In this document: piece by piece, positions 10,595-19,559 of the stretch
Layout: each line of letters starts with the position of its first letter
Numbering within the stretch: position 1 is the first letter of the stretch
NCBI GenBank assembly: GCA_030704665.1
Contig: JAUYID010000009.1
Span: 586,460-650,459, forward strand
Direction of reading: 5' to 3'
DNA length: 64,000 nt
Source of the DNA: a bacterium
GTDB taxonomy: Bacteria; Patescibacteriota; Microgenomatia; Woykebacterales; RBG-16-39-9b
The notes under the pieces: generated by a model
The model's database searches: none
What the model was told of the DNA's origin: nothing
The model's input: the letters and a program-made list of their open reading frames with translations, nothing else
Position numbers and translations under genes: made by a program

Positions 10595-12604
10595 TTAATT
10601 CTCCTTTTCTGAGGCTATTTTTGCAAATAATCTTCCCAAAACACTATGTTTTCTAGTTCTTCTTTTTTCTTTTTGGCTCACACTTCTCATTATCGCCGAG
10701 GGGATCAGGAATTCCAAAGCGTTGATAAAACGGGAATTAAAGGAAGCGACCACATCCCCTAGCCGTTCTGCTTGAATGGTTGCTTCTTTCTCAGCACCAA
10801 ATTTTGTCGCTGCCTTTAGATTCAAAATGCTGTTGATGAAACCCAAATGAGTGAAGGCTTGGGGAAAATTGCCTAGGTGCTCTTTTGTTCGTGGATCAAA
10901 CATCTCAGCATAGAGGCCCAAAGGAGTAGCAAAATAAACCATCTTTTCAAGCCAAATTTTCGCTTCTTTCACCCGGCCCAAAGCAGAAAGAGTATCGATA
11001 ACCCAAAAAGTCGAGAGGAAAAAAGCACCCTCCCCTGCTTTGAGTTGGTCCAACTCGTTGCTGGTTCGATAAACAAACCACTCCCGAGTCAACCGTGCCA
11101 TGGTGCGATCCAAAGTTGAGGAAACGGTCGGGTCGGACGCTGGCAAAAATCCTACCAAAGGAATATTGAGGTTGCTGCTATCAATATTCTTTGAGCCGTA
11201 ATACTCAACGAAAGCTTGCAGATCTTTGTCAAAGCCGTTCTCGATGATGTCATGCTTGATCTCATCTCTGGTTGCTTCCCAAAACTCGAAATCTGCTTCA
11301 ATACCTATTTTTTTGGCAATCTTAATCCCCCGATCCATCCCCACCCAACACATCAATTTTGAATAAGTGTGGTCCTGATACCCATCTCTTGGCTCCCAAA
11401 TACCTGCATCCTCCTCCTTCCAACTTTCGGCACAGAGATTGACGAGATTGCCGACAAAGGTTTTCATTTCCCCACTCAGCTTTCCACCACTACTAAGAAA
11501 CAGATTAATACAGCTCAATACCTCACCGAAAACGTCAAGTTGTCTTTGCTTGTAAGCTTCGTTCCCAACTCGAACTGGTTTAGAGTTTTTGTAACCGGAG
11601 AGATGGTCCAGTTCTTTTTCAGCAAGAAGTTTTTCTCCTCGCAAACCGTACATTATTTGAATATTTTTCCCCTCTTTCAAACAAACCTTTTCTAGCCAAT
11701 TCATGAACTCCAAAGCCTCTTTCAAATAACCTAAACCCAGCAAAGCGTACATTGTAAAAGAAGCGTCCCGCAGCCAAACGTAACGATAGTCCCAATTCAA
11801 GGCTCCGCCAAGTTTCTCTGGTAACGAAGTGGTTGGGGCGGCGATTACAGCTCCGGTTGGAGCGAAAATAAGTAATTTCAAGGCCAAAGCAGAACGCAGT
11901 AGGTTGGTTTTGAAAACTCCTTCGTAGCGACAAAGACCGACCCACCATTCCCAAAAAGATCTTGTCTCCGAATAAAGATTCCGAGCAAGCTTACTGTCGA
12001 ACCTCTCCTTTTCTTCCTCCTCACCACCAAAAAACCCAACCGCGAAGTAGCCTTCTTCTCCCTCTTTTAGCTCAAACTCTGACCAAACTAAACCATTTTT
12101 TTCTTGCAACTGTCCTTTTTCAACAAAAAGAATAGTTCTTTTTTTACCACTTTTAAAAACTACTTTCTGATTTCCGATAACTATATCTGCTTTTTTCGAA
12201 GCAAAGTCAGGGGTAACTTTGATTTCCAGACGGATTCGGTGCTCCCCAACCTTAGCTTTGATTCTTCTTAAGAATTTTAAGCCGTACTCGGGGACAAGTG
12301 AACTTTGCTCCTCCTCTTTTGTCAGTGGCATAAAGTCAGTAAGGATCAACCGCCCGGAGTGATTGAAGAAATCGGTTTTGAGAATATTGGTGTTCTCTTT
12401 ATAGATCTGAGAGCTTTGGTAAAAACCAAGGGGGTGAATATCAAAATAACCCCCTTTTTTAGCATCAAGAATTTTGCAAAAGTAAGCTTCAGAATCAAAA
12501 TCCGGCAAAGCTGCCCAATCAATTGAGCCCCATTTGGAGACCAAAGCCATGGAACGGCAATTTCCAATCATGCCGTATTCTTCAAGTTTGGGATACATAT
12601 ACAA
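10595..12604 (-). CDS. glycoside hydrolase family 15 protein (glucoamylase/trehalase-like)
   Basis: 669 aa. N-terminal GMIGNCRSMALVSKWGSIDWAALPDFDS and (alpha/alpha)6 barrel motifs such as LWLRDASFTMYAL. Confidence 0.8.
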   Translation of the reverse strand: MYMYPKLEEYGMIGNCRSMALVSKWGSIDWAALPDFDSEAYFCKILDAKKGGYFDIHPLGFYQSSQIYKENTNILKTDFFNHSGRLILTDFMPLTKEEEQSSLVPEYGLKFLRRIKAKVGEHRIRLEIKVTPDFASKKADIVIGNQKVVFKSGKKRTILFVEKGQLQEKNGLVWSEFELKEGEEGYFAVGFFGGEEEEKERFDSKLARNLYSETRSFWEWWVGLCRYEGVFKTNLLRSALALKLLIFAPTGAVIAAPTTSLPEKLGGALNWDYRYVWLRDASFTMYALLGLGYLKEALEFMNWLEKVCLKEGKNIQIMYGLRGEKLLAEKELDHLSGYKNSKPVRVGNEAYKQRQLDVFGEVLSCINLFLSSGGKLSGEMKTFVGNLVNLCAESWKEEDAGIWEPRDGYQDHTYSKLMCWVGMDRGIKIAKKIGIEADFEFWEATRDEIKHDIIENGFDKDLQAFVEYYGSKNIDSSNLNIPLVGFLPASDPTVSSTLDRTMARLTREWFVYRTSNELDQLKAGEGAFFLSTFWVIDTLSALGRVKEAKIWLEKMVYFATPLGLYAEMFDPRTKEHLGNFPQAFTHLGFINSILNLKAATKFGAEKEATIQAERLGDVVASFNSRFINALEFLIPSAIMRSVSQKEKRRTRKHSVLGRLFAKIASEKEN

Positions 12605-12704
12605 TTAATCATAGCGGAAAATTTCTCTCTTCAAAAGCCTTGTTTTGCCGATTTTTGATCTAATTTTGCTTGCAAAAACAGCCTGGCTGAGTTATAAATT
12701 TTTA

Positions 12705-13430
12705 ATGAATCAAAAGTTCGACCCAAGAAACAAAAAATTTCTAGCCGTGAGTGCTCACCCCGACGATGCTGATTTTTATGCTGGTGGAACGATGCTGTCC
12801 TGGCTTGCTTCTGGAGCCAAAGGTTCTATCGTAATCGCGACCAACGGAGACAAAGGCAGTAGTGATAAAAATTTAACTTCGGAGAAACTAGCCGAAACGC
12901 GCAAAAAAGAGCAACTCTCGGCCAGTTCCGTTCTGGGGCTGGAACAAACTTGGTTTCTCGATTTTCCTGATGCTCATCTCGAAATAACCCAAGACTTGAA
13001 AGCAAAACTCGTCAAGATAATTCGTGAGTATAAGCCAGACGCAATTTTTACTTTTGACCCCAGTGATTTTTATTCTGTGCAACTAGGTCAGATCAACCAC
13101 CCTGACCACCGTGCAATTGGCCAAGCTGCTCTGGACGCCGCCTTTCCACAAGCACGGGATTTTCTTACTTTCCCCACAGAGGGGCAACAAGGTTTGCAAC
13201 CCCACAGCGTTACGGATTTTTTTCTCTACAATAGTGATTTGGAAAAAAACAATTTTTTTGTCGACATTAACTCTTTTTTTGAGAAAAAACTTGACCTACT
13301 CAAACTCCACAAAAGCCAAGTTGATATGCAAGAAGCAAAGGCAGAACTGGAAAAACTGAATAGCCAAGCCGGGGAGAAAATCGAAGCTAAACTAGCAGAA
13401 GGTTTTGTCCATGTCCAACTAAGTTCTTAG
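12705..13430 (+). CDS. PIG-L/LmbE family N-acetylglucosaminyl deacetylase
   Basis: AVSAHPDDADFYAGGTM and downstream HPDH motifs. Start trimmed to the Met of MNQKFDPRNKK; the track ORF begins at 12645. Confidence 0.75.
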   Translation: MNQKFDPRNKKFLAVSAHPDDADFYAGGTMLSWLASGAKGSIVIATNGDKGSSDKNLTSEKLAETRKKEQLSASSVLGLEQTWFLDFPDAHLEITQDLKAKLVKIIREYKPDAIFTFDPSDFYSVQLGQINHPDHRAIGQAALDAAFPQARDFLTFPTEGQQGLQPHSVTDFFLYNSDLEKNNFFVDINSFFEKKLDLLKLHKSQVDMQEAKAELEKLNSQAGEKIEAKLAEGFVHVQLSS

Positions 13431-13819
13431 TATACTTTCTTGGGGTCAGTCAGAGAGTGGAGAATACCCCCAACGACGGACATGACCAAGGCCCCGAACA
13501 AAGCAGACCAAAAGCCGCTAACAGAAAACCCAGAAACCAACCAAGCAGCAAGCCCAAACAGGGCCGCGTTGACAATTAGAGCAAAAATTCCCAGTGTCAG
13601 TAGGGTTATTGGTAGTGAAACAATCTGCAGAACTGGCTTAATCAAGGCGTTGACCACCCCAATCACGAGAGCCGCAAGGAAAAGGGTGGCAGTATCTTCA
13701 ACCTCAATTCCAGGCACAATTTTCACCACCACAAATAAAGCAAGCGCGTTGATGATCCAAGCAAGTAAAATTTTCATCTTCCTTACTGATAACTTAACTT
13801 TCTCAAACGAACCTGTCAA
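13427..13819 (-). CDS. 4-TM membrane protein of the phage_holin_4_2 family
   Basis: 130 aa with four TM helices. ...NALALFVVVKIVPGIEV...LGIFALIVNAALFGLAAWLVSGFSVSGFWSALFGAL resembles the family pattern. Confidence 0.65.
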   Translation of the reverse strand: MTGSFEKVKLSVRKMKILLAWIINALALFVVVKIVPGIEVEDTATLFLAALVIGVVNALIKPVLQIVSLPITLLTLGIFALIVNAALFGLAAWLVSGFSVSGFWSALFGALVMSVVGGILHSLTDPKKVY

Positions 13820-13893
13820 CTAGCAAGCACCTCTTGCCAAAATGAAAAAGTCGTTTATAATTTATAAATCGGCCCAGCAAAGAAGCGTATACA

Positions 13894-14580
13894 ATGGCAG
13901 CAGCAAAAAGAAAAACACCAAGAAGCACAACCTCTGTCCCCAGAATTCGAAAAATAAGAAAGTTTTCTTTCAATTTTTCTGACCTTCGCAACAAAACCAA
14001 AAGCGAGTACAACTCTCACGCTAGTCTTTATCCTCTTGTTATTTTCATAATTATAGTTTTAATAGTTTTAGCCGCCCTTTTTACCTTTAGACGTGGTCTT
14101 TTTCTGGCTGGAACTGTGAACGGTCAATTTGTTTCTACCCCCGAGTTCTACCAAAAGCTGGTTCAAGGTGGTGGCACCAGTACTTTTGACACTCTTACTC
14201 GAGATATTTTGATTAAACAAGAAGCAGCAAAAAAGAAACTGACCGTCAGTCAAAAAGAAGTTGATTCTCGTCTAACTACTGTAGAAAAAAACCTTGGTGG
14301 CAAAGACAATTTAAACAACGCTCTTTCCCAAAACAACCTGACTCTGGCTGAGCTAAAAAAACAACTTGAAGTCCAGCTTCTCGCGGAAAAAATTCTTGAT
14401 AAGGATCTTCAAGTCAGTGATGCCGAAGTGACCAAATATATTGCTGAGAACAAAGATGCAACCAAAAATATGAGTCGTGATGAAGTCAAAGAACAGCTTC
14501 GTACCGAAAAATTCAACACCAAATTTACTTCTTGGTACGATGAGCTGAAAAAGAACGCCAAAATAGTTAAGTATTTCTAA
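13894..14580 (+). CDS. membrane-anchored SurA-N-terminal-domain-like chaperone (no PPIase domain)
   Basis: 228 aa. N-terminal TM helix, then a helical domain with the SurA_N/PpiD-like pattern. Confidence 0.45.
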   Translation: MAAAKRKTPRSTTSVPRIRKIRKFSFNFSDLRNKTKSEYNSHASLYPLVIFIIIVLIVLAALFTFRRGLFLAGTVNGQFVSTPEFYQKLVQGGGTSTFDTLTRDILIKQEAAKKKLTVSQKEVDSRLTTVEKNLGGKDNLNNALSQNNLTLAELKKQLEVQLLAEKILDKDLQVSDAEVTKYIAENKDATKNMSRDEVKEQLRTEKFNTKFTSWYDELKKNAKIVKYF

Positions 14581-14606
14581 ACCTTTTTTCCACCAAAAAC
14601 CCTTTG

Positions 14607-15533
14607 CTAACCCTCGATTGCGTCAAAGTAAGCATAAACGTCAGCAGCTGCCTTCTGAATTGCTTTGACTCGATTTTGGTAAGTCCCTCCCCCATTGGTA
14701 AAGACAACCAGAGTAAAAGGATGACGAGGATGGGCAACAATGGCAGCGTCATGAATCTCAGCGTTGTAAGCTCCCCATTTGTGATAAACCTTGATTCCCT
14801 TGGGTATTCCAGGGGGAATTCTGTCTTCTTTGTTGGTGTTGGCCATGTAAGAAAGCAAAAGCTGACGGTGAGTTTTGCTTAGGACTTTGCCAGCATAAAG
14901 ACCATAGAGCAGGTCTGAGACGGCTCTTGTTGTCATGCGATTGTTCTCTACATCAACTTTGAGTAACCCCAAACTATCAGCTTGTCTTTGCTCAGTATCT
15001 TTGCCAATCAGATTGTTGATCAGATCCCAAGAAAGATTGTTACTTTGGTTGATCATTTGCTGAATTTGGTACTGAAGAGTATAACCACCCAAAGGTTGAT
15101 CAAGCGAGAGTTTCCCTTGTTCGACCCCTCTCAAAGCGGTCGTCGCTACCAAAACCTTGATGACGGAAGCAGCGTGCAGCGGGCTCGTTTCTTTGATACC
15201 AAATTTATCATTGATTTCGATATCGTTGATTGAAACACGAAAATCGCTACTGGGAGCTAAATCCTTTTTTAGCTTGGCTAGAAGAGCCTTTTTCTTTTCT
15301 TCATCTGGTTTTCTTGGTTCAGGTGCTTTTTTCTCAGCTGGCTGACTAGCAATCTTTTTCCCCAAAGAAGTAATTGTCTTTAGAGTTGTTTTTTGGTTTA
15401 GAAAAAAGTAAGTTCCAAAAACAAACAAAAGAAGGAAAAGAACGGTAAGCGAAATTTTAACCACTTTCCCAATGAATCTTTTCAAGAAACTTGGTTTACG
15501 GGACTTATAAACAAAGGAATAAGACATTAGCAA
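14607..15533 (-). CDS. serine hydrolase, class A beta-lactamase/penicillin-binding-like
   Basis: 308 aa. N-terminal TM helix, then the SxxK active-site motif (AASVIKVLVA). Confidence 0.6.
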   Translation of the reverse strand: MLMSYSFVYKSRKPSFLKRFIGKVVKISLTVLFLLLFVFGTYFFLNQKTTLKTITSLGKKIASQPAEKKAPEPRKPDEEKKKALLAKLKKDLAPSSDFRVSINDIEINDKFGIKETSPLHAASVIKVLVATTALRGVEQGKLSLDQPLGGYTLQYQIQQMINQSNNLSWDLINNLIGKDTEQRQADSLGLLKVDVENNRMTTRAVSDLLYGLYAGKVLSKTHRQLLLSYMANTNKEDRIPPGIPKGIKVYHKWGAYNAEIHDAAIVAHPRHPFTLVVFTNGGGTYQNRVKAIQKAAADVYAYFDAIEG

Positions 15534-15736
15534 CTATTTTAACTTAAGTAAAAACTTTGCACAAAAAAAGCGCCTTTTTGGCGCATCAACTTTATCTATT
15601 ATAACACCCAGAAAATACCCAAGTCAATTTTTTTCGGTTTCGCTTTCGGTTTTTACAATTTTTGGTGGGCCAAAATCCCCGCCCTTGAAAAACAAGTTTT
15701 TTTGCATTTTTCTGCCGAAGCGTTAGAATTACCTTT

Positions 15737-16315
15737 GTGAAAATAATTTTGGCAAGCTCCTCACCCCGTCGAGTCGAGGTCATGAAAAACCTCGGTCTTG
15801 ACTTTGAAACCATTCCTTCGAGCTTTGACGAACGCGCTGTCAAAGAAGCAGATCCTTTGCGGCTGGTAAAAACTCTGGCATTGGAAAAAGCTCGAGTTGT
15901 CACCCAGGAGAATCCGGGTTCTGTAGTAATTGGGGCCGACACCATGGTCCAAATCGCCGATGAGTTTGTCGGCAAGCCAAAGGATTTAGAAGAAGCGCGT
16001 AGAATGCTGCGTAAAGCTAGTGGCCAAGAAGTCAAAGATTTTGTCGGCTTAGCCGTCATCTTTAATAATCAAGAAAAGGCAATGTCTTCCATTGGAAGAG
16101 CGAAAATGAAGTCTTTTGGAGACAAAGAAATTGACTCTTACCTCAGTCGCGTCAACCCTCTTGATAAAGCCGGTGGCTTTGCTGGAGCAGCAGCAGAAGG
16201 TGGGGAATTTTATGCAAGCTACTCTGGTGAGCCTGGACAGGAGTTTGGTTTGCCCCTGACTTCTCTCGAAAAATTCTTAACTGAATTTGGAGTCGCGGTT
16301 CCCAAGCAAGATTAA
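15737..16315 (+). CDS. maf: Maf-like nucleoside triphosphate pyrophosphatase
   Basis: N-terminal KIILASSSPRR and the overall Maf pattern. 192 aa. Confidence 0.85.
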   Translation: MKIILASSSPRRVEVMKNLGLDFETIPSSFDERAVKEADPLRLVKTLALEKARVVTQENPGSVVIGADTMVQIADEFVGKPKDLEEARRMLRKASGQEVKDFVGLAVIFNNQEKAMSSIGRAKMKSFGDKEIDSYLSRVNPLDKAGGFAGAAAEGGEFYASYSGEPGQEFGLPLTSLEKFLTEFGVAVPKQD

Positions 16316-16345
16316 CCTCTTCTCCCCCAGTGCTAAAATAGAGGT

Positions 16346-16750
16346 ATGGAAAAAACAGCTAAAACTGAATCGGAATTGAAAAAAGAACTTGATCCTGAAG
16401 TCTACCGTATTGCTCGGGAAAAAGGTACCGAAGCGCCTTTCAGCGGCAAATACACTTATTCCAAAGAAGAGGGTGTTTACAAGTGTATGGTTTGTGGAAA
16501 CCCGCTTTTTGCTTCCGCTACCAAATTTGATTCTGGTACCGGCTGGCCTAGTTTTGATAAACCAATTTCTCCCGCTTCCATCGAATATCGAGAAGATAAT
16601 GATCAGGGCATGGTTCGCATTGAAGTGATTTGTGCCCGTTGTGGATCACACTTGGGTCATGTTTTTGATGACGGGCCGACCGAAACTGGGAAACGTTACT
16701 GTTTGAATTCCGTCTGTCTAAACCTTCAGTCGAAAGAAAAAGAAGTTTAA
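16346..16750 (+). CDS. msrB: peptide-methionine (R)-S-oxide reductase MsrB
   Basis: CGNPLF...GWPSF...RIEVICARCGSHLGHVF, i.e. the SelR/MsrB zinc and catalytic Cys motifs. 134 aa. Confidence 0.9.
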   Translation: MEKTAKTESELKKELDPEVYRIAREKGTEAPFSGKYTYSKEEGVYKCMVCGNPLFASATKFDSGTGWPSFDKPISPASIEYREDNDQGMVRIEVICARCGSHLGHVFDDGPTETGKRYCLNSVCLNLQSKEKEV

Positions 16751-17190
16751 AAATCGTGTAAATATTTTTCTGCAAAACCGCCGGCCTCTCTCTCTTGCTT
16801 GGCAACTTCTCCTGCAGTTTGGCGTTCCAAAATTGCGTTGCGGTGCTTGAGGATGACATGACCAATTTCGTGAGCAATGGTGTAACGCTGTTGCCGCCTG
16901 CTTTCAGAAAAAAGCTCATCACTGAGAAAAATCAAATATTTTTTCTGGATTTCTTCTCCTCGCAAAGTAAAACCCCAAGCATCTTCAAAAGAGCTAACAA
17001 ACCAGCAGTTTTTGGTGACAAAATTTTGTATCTCTTGCGGAAAGGCAAGTAAAGTCTCACAGACCAAAAACTGCATCCGTGAATTTCCGATCAGCTTTCC
17101 AGCAAATTTTTCTTTAATAATCTCGAGCTCGGCTCTCATAGAAATATATTGTAGGACTAGAGCAATAAACTGGTCAATCCTTTTTACCAA
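16747..17190 (-). CDS. ImmA/IrrE-family zinc metallopeptidase (COG2856-like)
   Basis: HEXXH motif in RYTIAHEIGHVILKH. No adjacent XRE-type HTH partner was recognised. The start may instead be the Met near 17139, because a hairpin plus T-run (17172-17220 on the minus strand) overlaps the first codons. Confidence 0.6.
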   Translation of the reverse strand: MVKRIDQFIALVLQYISMRAELEIIKEKFAGKLIGNSRMQFLVCETLLAFPQEIQNFVTKNCWFVSSFEDAWGFTLRGEEIQKKYLIFLSDELFSESRRQQRYTIAHEIGHVILKHRNAILERQTAGEVAKQEREAGGFAEKYLHDF

Positions 17191-17386
17191 AAGAAAAGCG
17201 AGCCTTGCGGCTCGCTCCTCTTCTTAAACCTTTCATTGTCATTCTGAACTTGTTTCAGAATCTTTGAAAGATTTAAGGGTTTGACGACTTTGGTTGAGAA
17301 AAGCATTAAATTCCTTGGCTTTGCTTTTCTCGTCGTCATCCCTGCGGTTTACCAATTCCGCTCTCGGTCGGGACCGACCGGTTGCT

Positions 17387-17932
17387 TTAGAAGTCGGTTT
17401 CTGGCTCCTGCTCTCCATAGAACGTATCGTAAACATACGTCCCAAGATAGAAAAGCAAGAAAACCAAGGCTCGAAGTGTGTCTCGTCCTGGATCATGGAG
17501 TGTGACGTCCATTACTGGAAAAAAGACCGAGGCAGCATAGTAAAACATCGGGCCGAAAATGGCGGTGTGGTAGAGTTGGCTCGGCTTACGGATTTGCCGA
17601 GAGGAAAGGCTTCCTGATCGAAAAGCATTGAACTCTTGCAGGATAGCCAGGACTACTCCAAGCCCCAAGATCGACAGATGCCACCAAACTTCATTGTAGA
17701 AACGGTCCGCGGTGTTGTGATTTTGCACTATCACCGCCGCAAACCCTGCGTAAACTGGAAGCCCAACAGTATCTCCCAGTCGAAAGCTCCACCAACGCCG
17801 TAGATACCACCTACCCTCGAAGGCCCGCCTCAGGACCATGATGACACCGAAATCGATGACGAAAATGTAGATCGCGACAAGGAACGGGTTCCAGGACCAG
17901 ATGTCAAACCCAAGACTGGAGAACTCTTCCAC
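17387..17932 (-). CDS. hypothetical polytopic membrane protein (GC-rich island)
   Basis: 181-aa ORF with about five hydrophobic helices. Coding GC is clearly above the window background. Confidence 0.4.
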   Translation of the reverse strand: MEEFSSLGFDIWSWNPFLVAIYIFVIDFGVIMVLRRAFEGRWYLRRWWSFRLGDTVGLPVYAGFAAVIVQNHNTADRFYNEVWWHLSILGLGVVLAILQEFNAFRSGSLSSRQIRKPSQLYHTAIFGPMFYYAASVFFPVMDVTLHDPGRDTLRALVFLLFYLGTYVYDTFYGEQEPETDF

Positions 17933-18081
17933 CTCTGCACCTCCAAGTGCTCTGAAACCAAAACTGTCAATGTGCGAAACAAAAGCAACTGATTGCTGAG
18001 AAAAGCCTTCTCAATTTATCAATTGCCTTTGCAAAGGTGTTTACCGGGTCCAGAGGCGGAGATGCGTGGACCCGGCAGACG

Positions 18082-18780
18082 TTACTTCGTGAGGGTGAGC
18101 TGTTTGAAGACCATCAGCACATGCGGGTGCTGAGTGTCTGGAATCTGTGTGCCGTACTCAGTTAGGTTCACAGCTCCTTTGTACTTGGCGACTGCTTTTG
18201 TGAAGTCACCGCCGTACTGATCAACCAATTCACCAAAGTAACGTGCAGAACAGTAGACGTTTTCGAAAGGATCAAAGCGCAGAGCCGGGTCACAGACCTC
18301 CGGAAAGGAGCTGAGCTGACCCAGGCCAACGCAAAGATCCTCTCCGCAGGCAACCGGACCGGAATTGAGGATTTCCCAATTTTCGTGCGATTCTCGGATG
18401 AAGGAGCAATCCGCACTTTCTGTTCCCCGCGGTACCCAGTGGTAGAAAGAACTCTCCGTGAAGAGAAGCTCCAACCACACTTGGGCAGCATTGGGGTCCT
18501 CAAAGTCGTCCAAAACCGGGGTGATCACCTGCGAGAGCATACATCCCTGAACAACGTCTAACTGCGGGATTTGAGCCTCGATGCGAATCGGACTCTGGAC
18601 AACCGGTGCTGCTGCACCAGCCACCCTAGCATGAGGAGTCGGCACATCCTTGTGCGTGTGAGCGTACGCCCACTTTATTCCAGGCCAAACCACTGCGAAC
18701 ATGGCTAGTGTAACTAGCACGTTCGCCAGGAGCTTGTTTCCCTGCCTGGCTTGTGCCGGACGTGTCCTTGTGGTGGGCAT
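18082..18780 (-). CDS. secreted or membrane-anchored protein with a lytic transglycosylase (SLT)-like domain (GC-rich island)
   Basis: 232 aa. N-terminal hydrophobic segment, then LELLFTESSFYHWVPRGTESADC...CVGLGQLS, which resembles the SLT E-S...GLMQ catalytic pattern. Confidence 0.45.
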   Translation of the reverse strand: MPTTRTRPAQARQGNKLLANVLVTLAMFAVVWPGIKWAYAHTHKDVPTPHARVAGAAAPVVQSPIRIEAQIPQLDVVQGCMLSQVITPVLDDFEDPNAAQVWLELLFTESSFYHWVPRGTESADCSFIRESHENWEILNSGPVACGEDLCVGLGQLSSFPEVCDPALRFDPFENVYCSARYFGELVDQYGGDFTKAVAKYKGAVNLTEYGTQIPDTQHPHVLMVFKQLTLTK

Positions 18781-18898
18781 AGGAAACCTCCTTTACCACC
18801 CTCCTCCAGAACGTGCCCTATAGTATAGCAATTTCGATCGTAAAAATCAAGTACTATAAGATATTTAACCGTCTCCTCTAGCCTGCTATAATTACTCA

Positions 18899-19444
18899 AT
18901 GAAAGAACCTTACAAAAATATTGTTGTTGCCGGAGACGTTGGCGCTGGAACTACTACCCTAGCCAAGGCTCTAGCCAAAGAACTTGGCTGGGAGTTTGAA
19001 TCGGCGGGAAGTTTTTTTCGTGATTACGCAATCAAAAACAGCATTCCTCTCTGGGACAAAGAATCTGTTCCTGATGAGGTCGACAAAAAAGTGGATGCGG
19101 AAATGACCGAAAGATTAAAAACTGGGGAGCACCTAGTTCTTGATACTCACTACGCTGGTTGGTTTACACGAGATGAGCCAAGCGTTTTCAAGATCTTGTT
19201 GCTTTGTGATCGACAGATTGCTACAGAGAGGATGCTGAAGAGAAAACACACTCACGAAGAAACCCCAGAAACGATTGAGAAAAGAAGACAAGGTTTGTAC
19301 GCAAAATTCAAAAAACTCTACAGTGATGAGCCCTACGAAGATCCGAAATTTTATGATTTGGTGATTGATACTGGAAAAAACTCTCCCGCCGAGACTCTCG
19401 CGATTACCCTAAAGAATTTTCACTACGTGAAAAAAGATTGGTAG
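18899..19444 (+). CDS. cytidylate-kinase-like P-loop NTPase
   Basis: 181 aa. P-loop VAGDVGAGTTTLAKALAKELG at the N-terminus. Confidence 0.55.
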   Translation: MKEPYKNIVVAGDVGAGTTTLAKALAKELGWEFESAGSFFRDYAIKNSIPLWDKESVPDEVDKKVDAEMTERLKTGEHLVLDTHYAGWFTRDEPSVFKILLLCDRQIATERMLKRKHTHEETPETIEKRRQGLYAKFKKLYSDEPYEDPKFYDLVIDTGKNSPAETLAITLKNFHYVKKDW

Positions 19445-19450
19445 TAATTA

Positions 19451-19531
19451 CTTTAGAAAAGGTACCAAAAGGAGTGCAACGATGTTGATAACCTTAATCA
19501 TTGGGTTAATTGCCGGTCCAGCGGTGTCTTT
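19451..19531 (-). repeat. intergenic duplicate of the last 27 codons of hppA ([27 protein letters not shown], with stop at 19448-19450)
   Basis: A 41-nt exact direct repeat (19476-19516 = 19588-19628). When translated, the copy encodes a peptide identical to the true hppA C-terminus (19563-19643). There are 11 synonymous codon differences and none non-synonymous. Confidence 0.8.
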
Positions 19532-19559
19532 AAGTCGCCCTAGCGACGCAAAGATACGG

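Noticed and set aside
15592-16059. 155-aa ORF on the minus strand.
   Set aside because: It is entirely antisense to the well-supported maf gene and upstream region, has a basic, low-complexity composition, and has no motif. It was treated as a shadow ORF. The same reasoning was applied to other antisense ORFs, e.g. 227-475, 1723-2049, 19910-20158, 20795-21058, 22336-22788, 42756-43235 and 62805-63215; the last two are open only because of high local GC.
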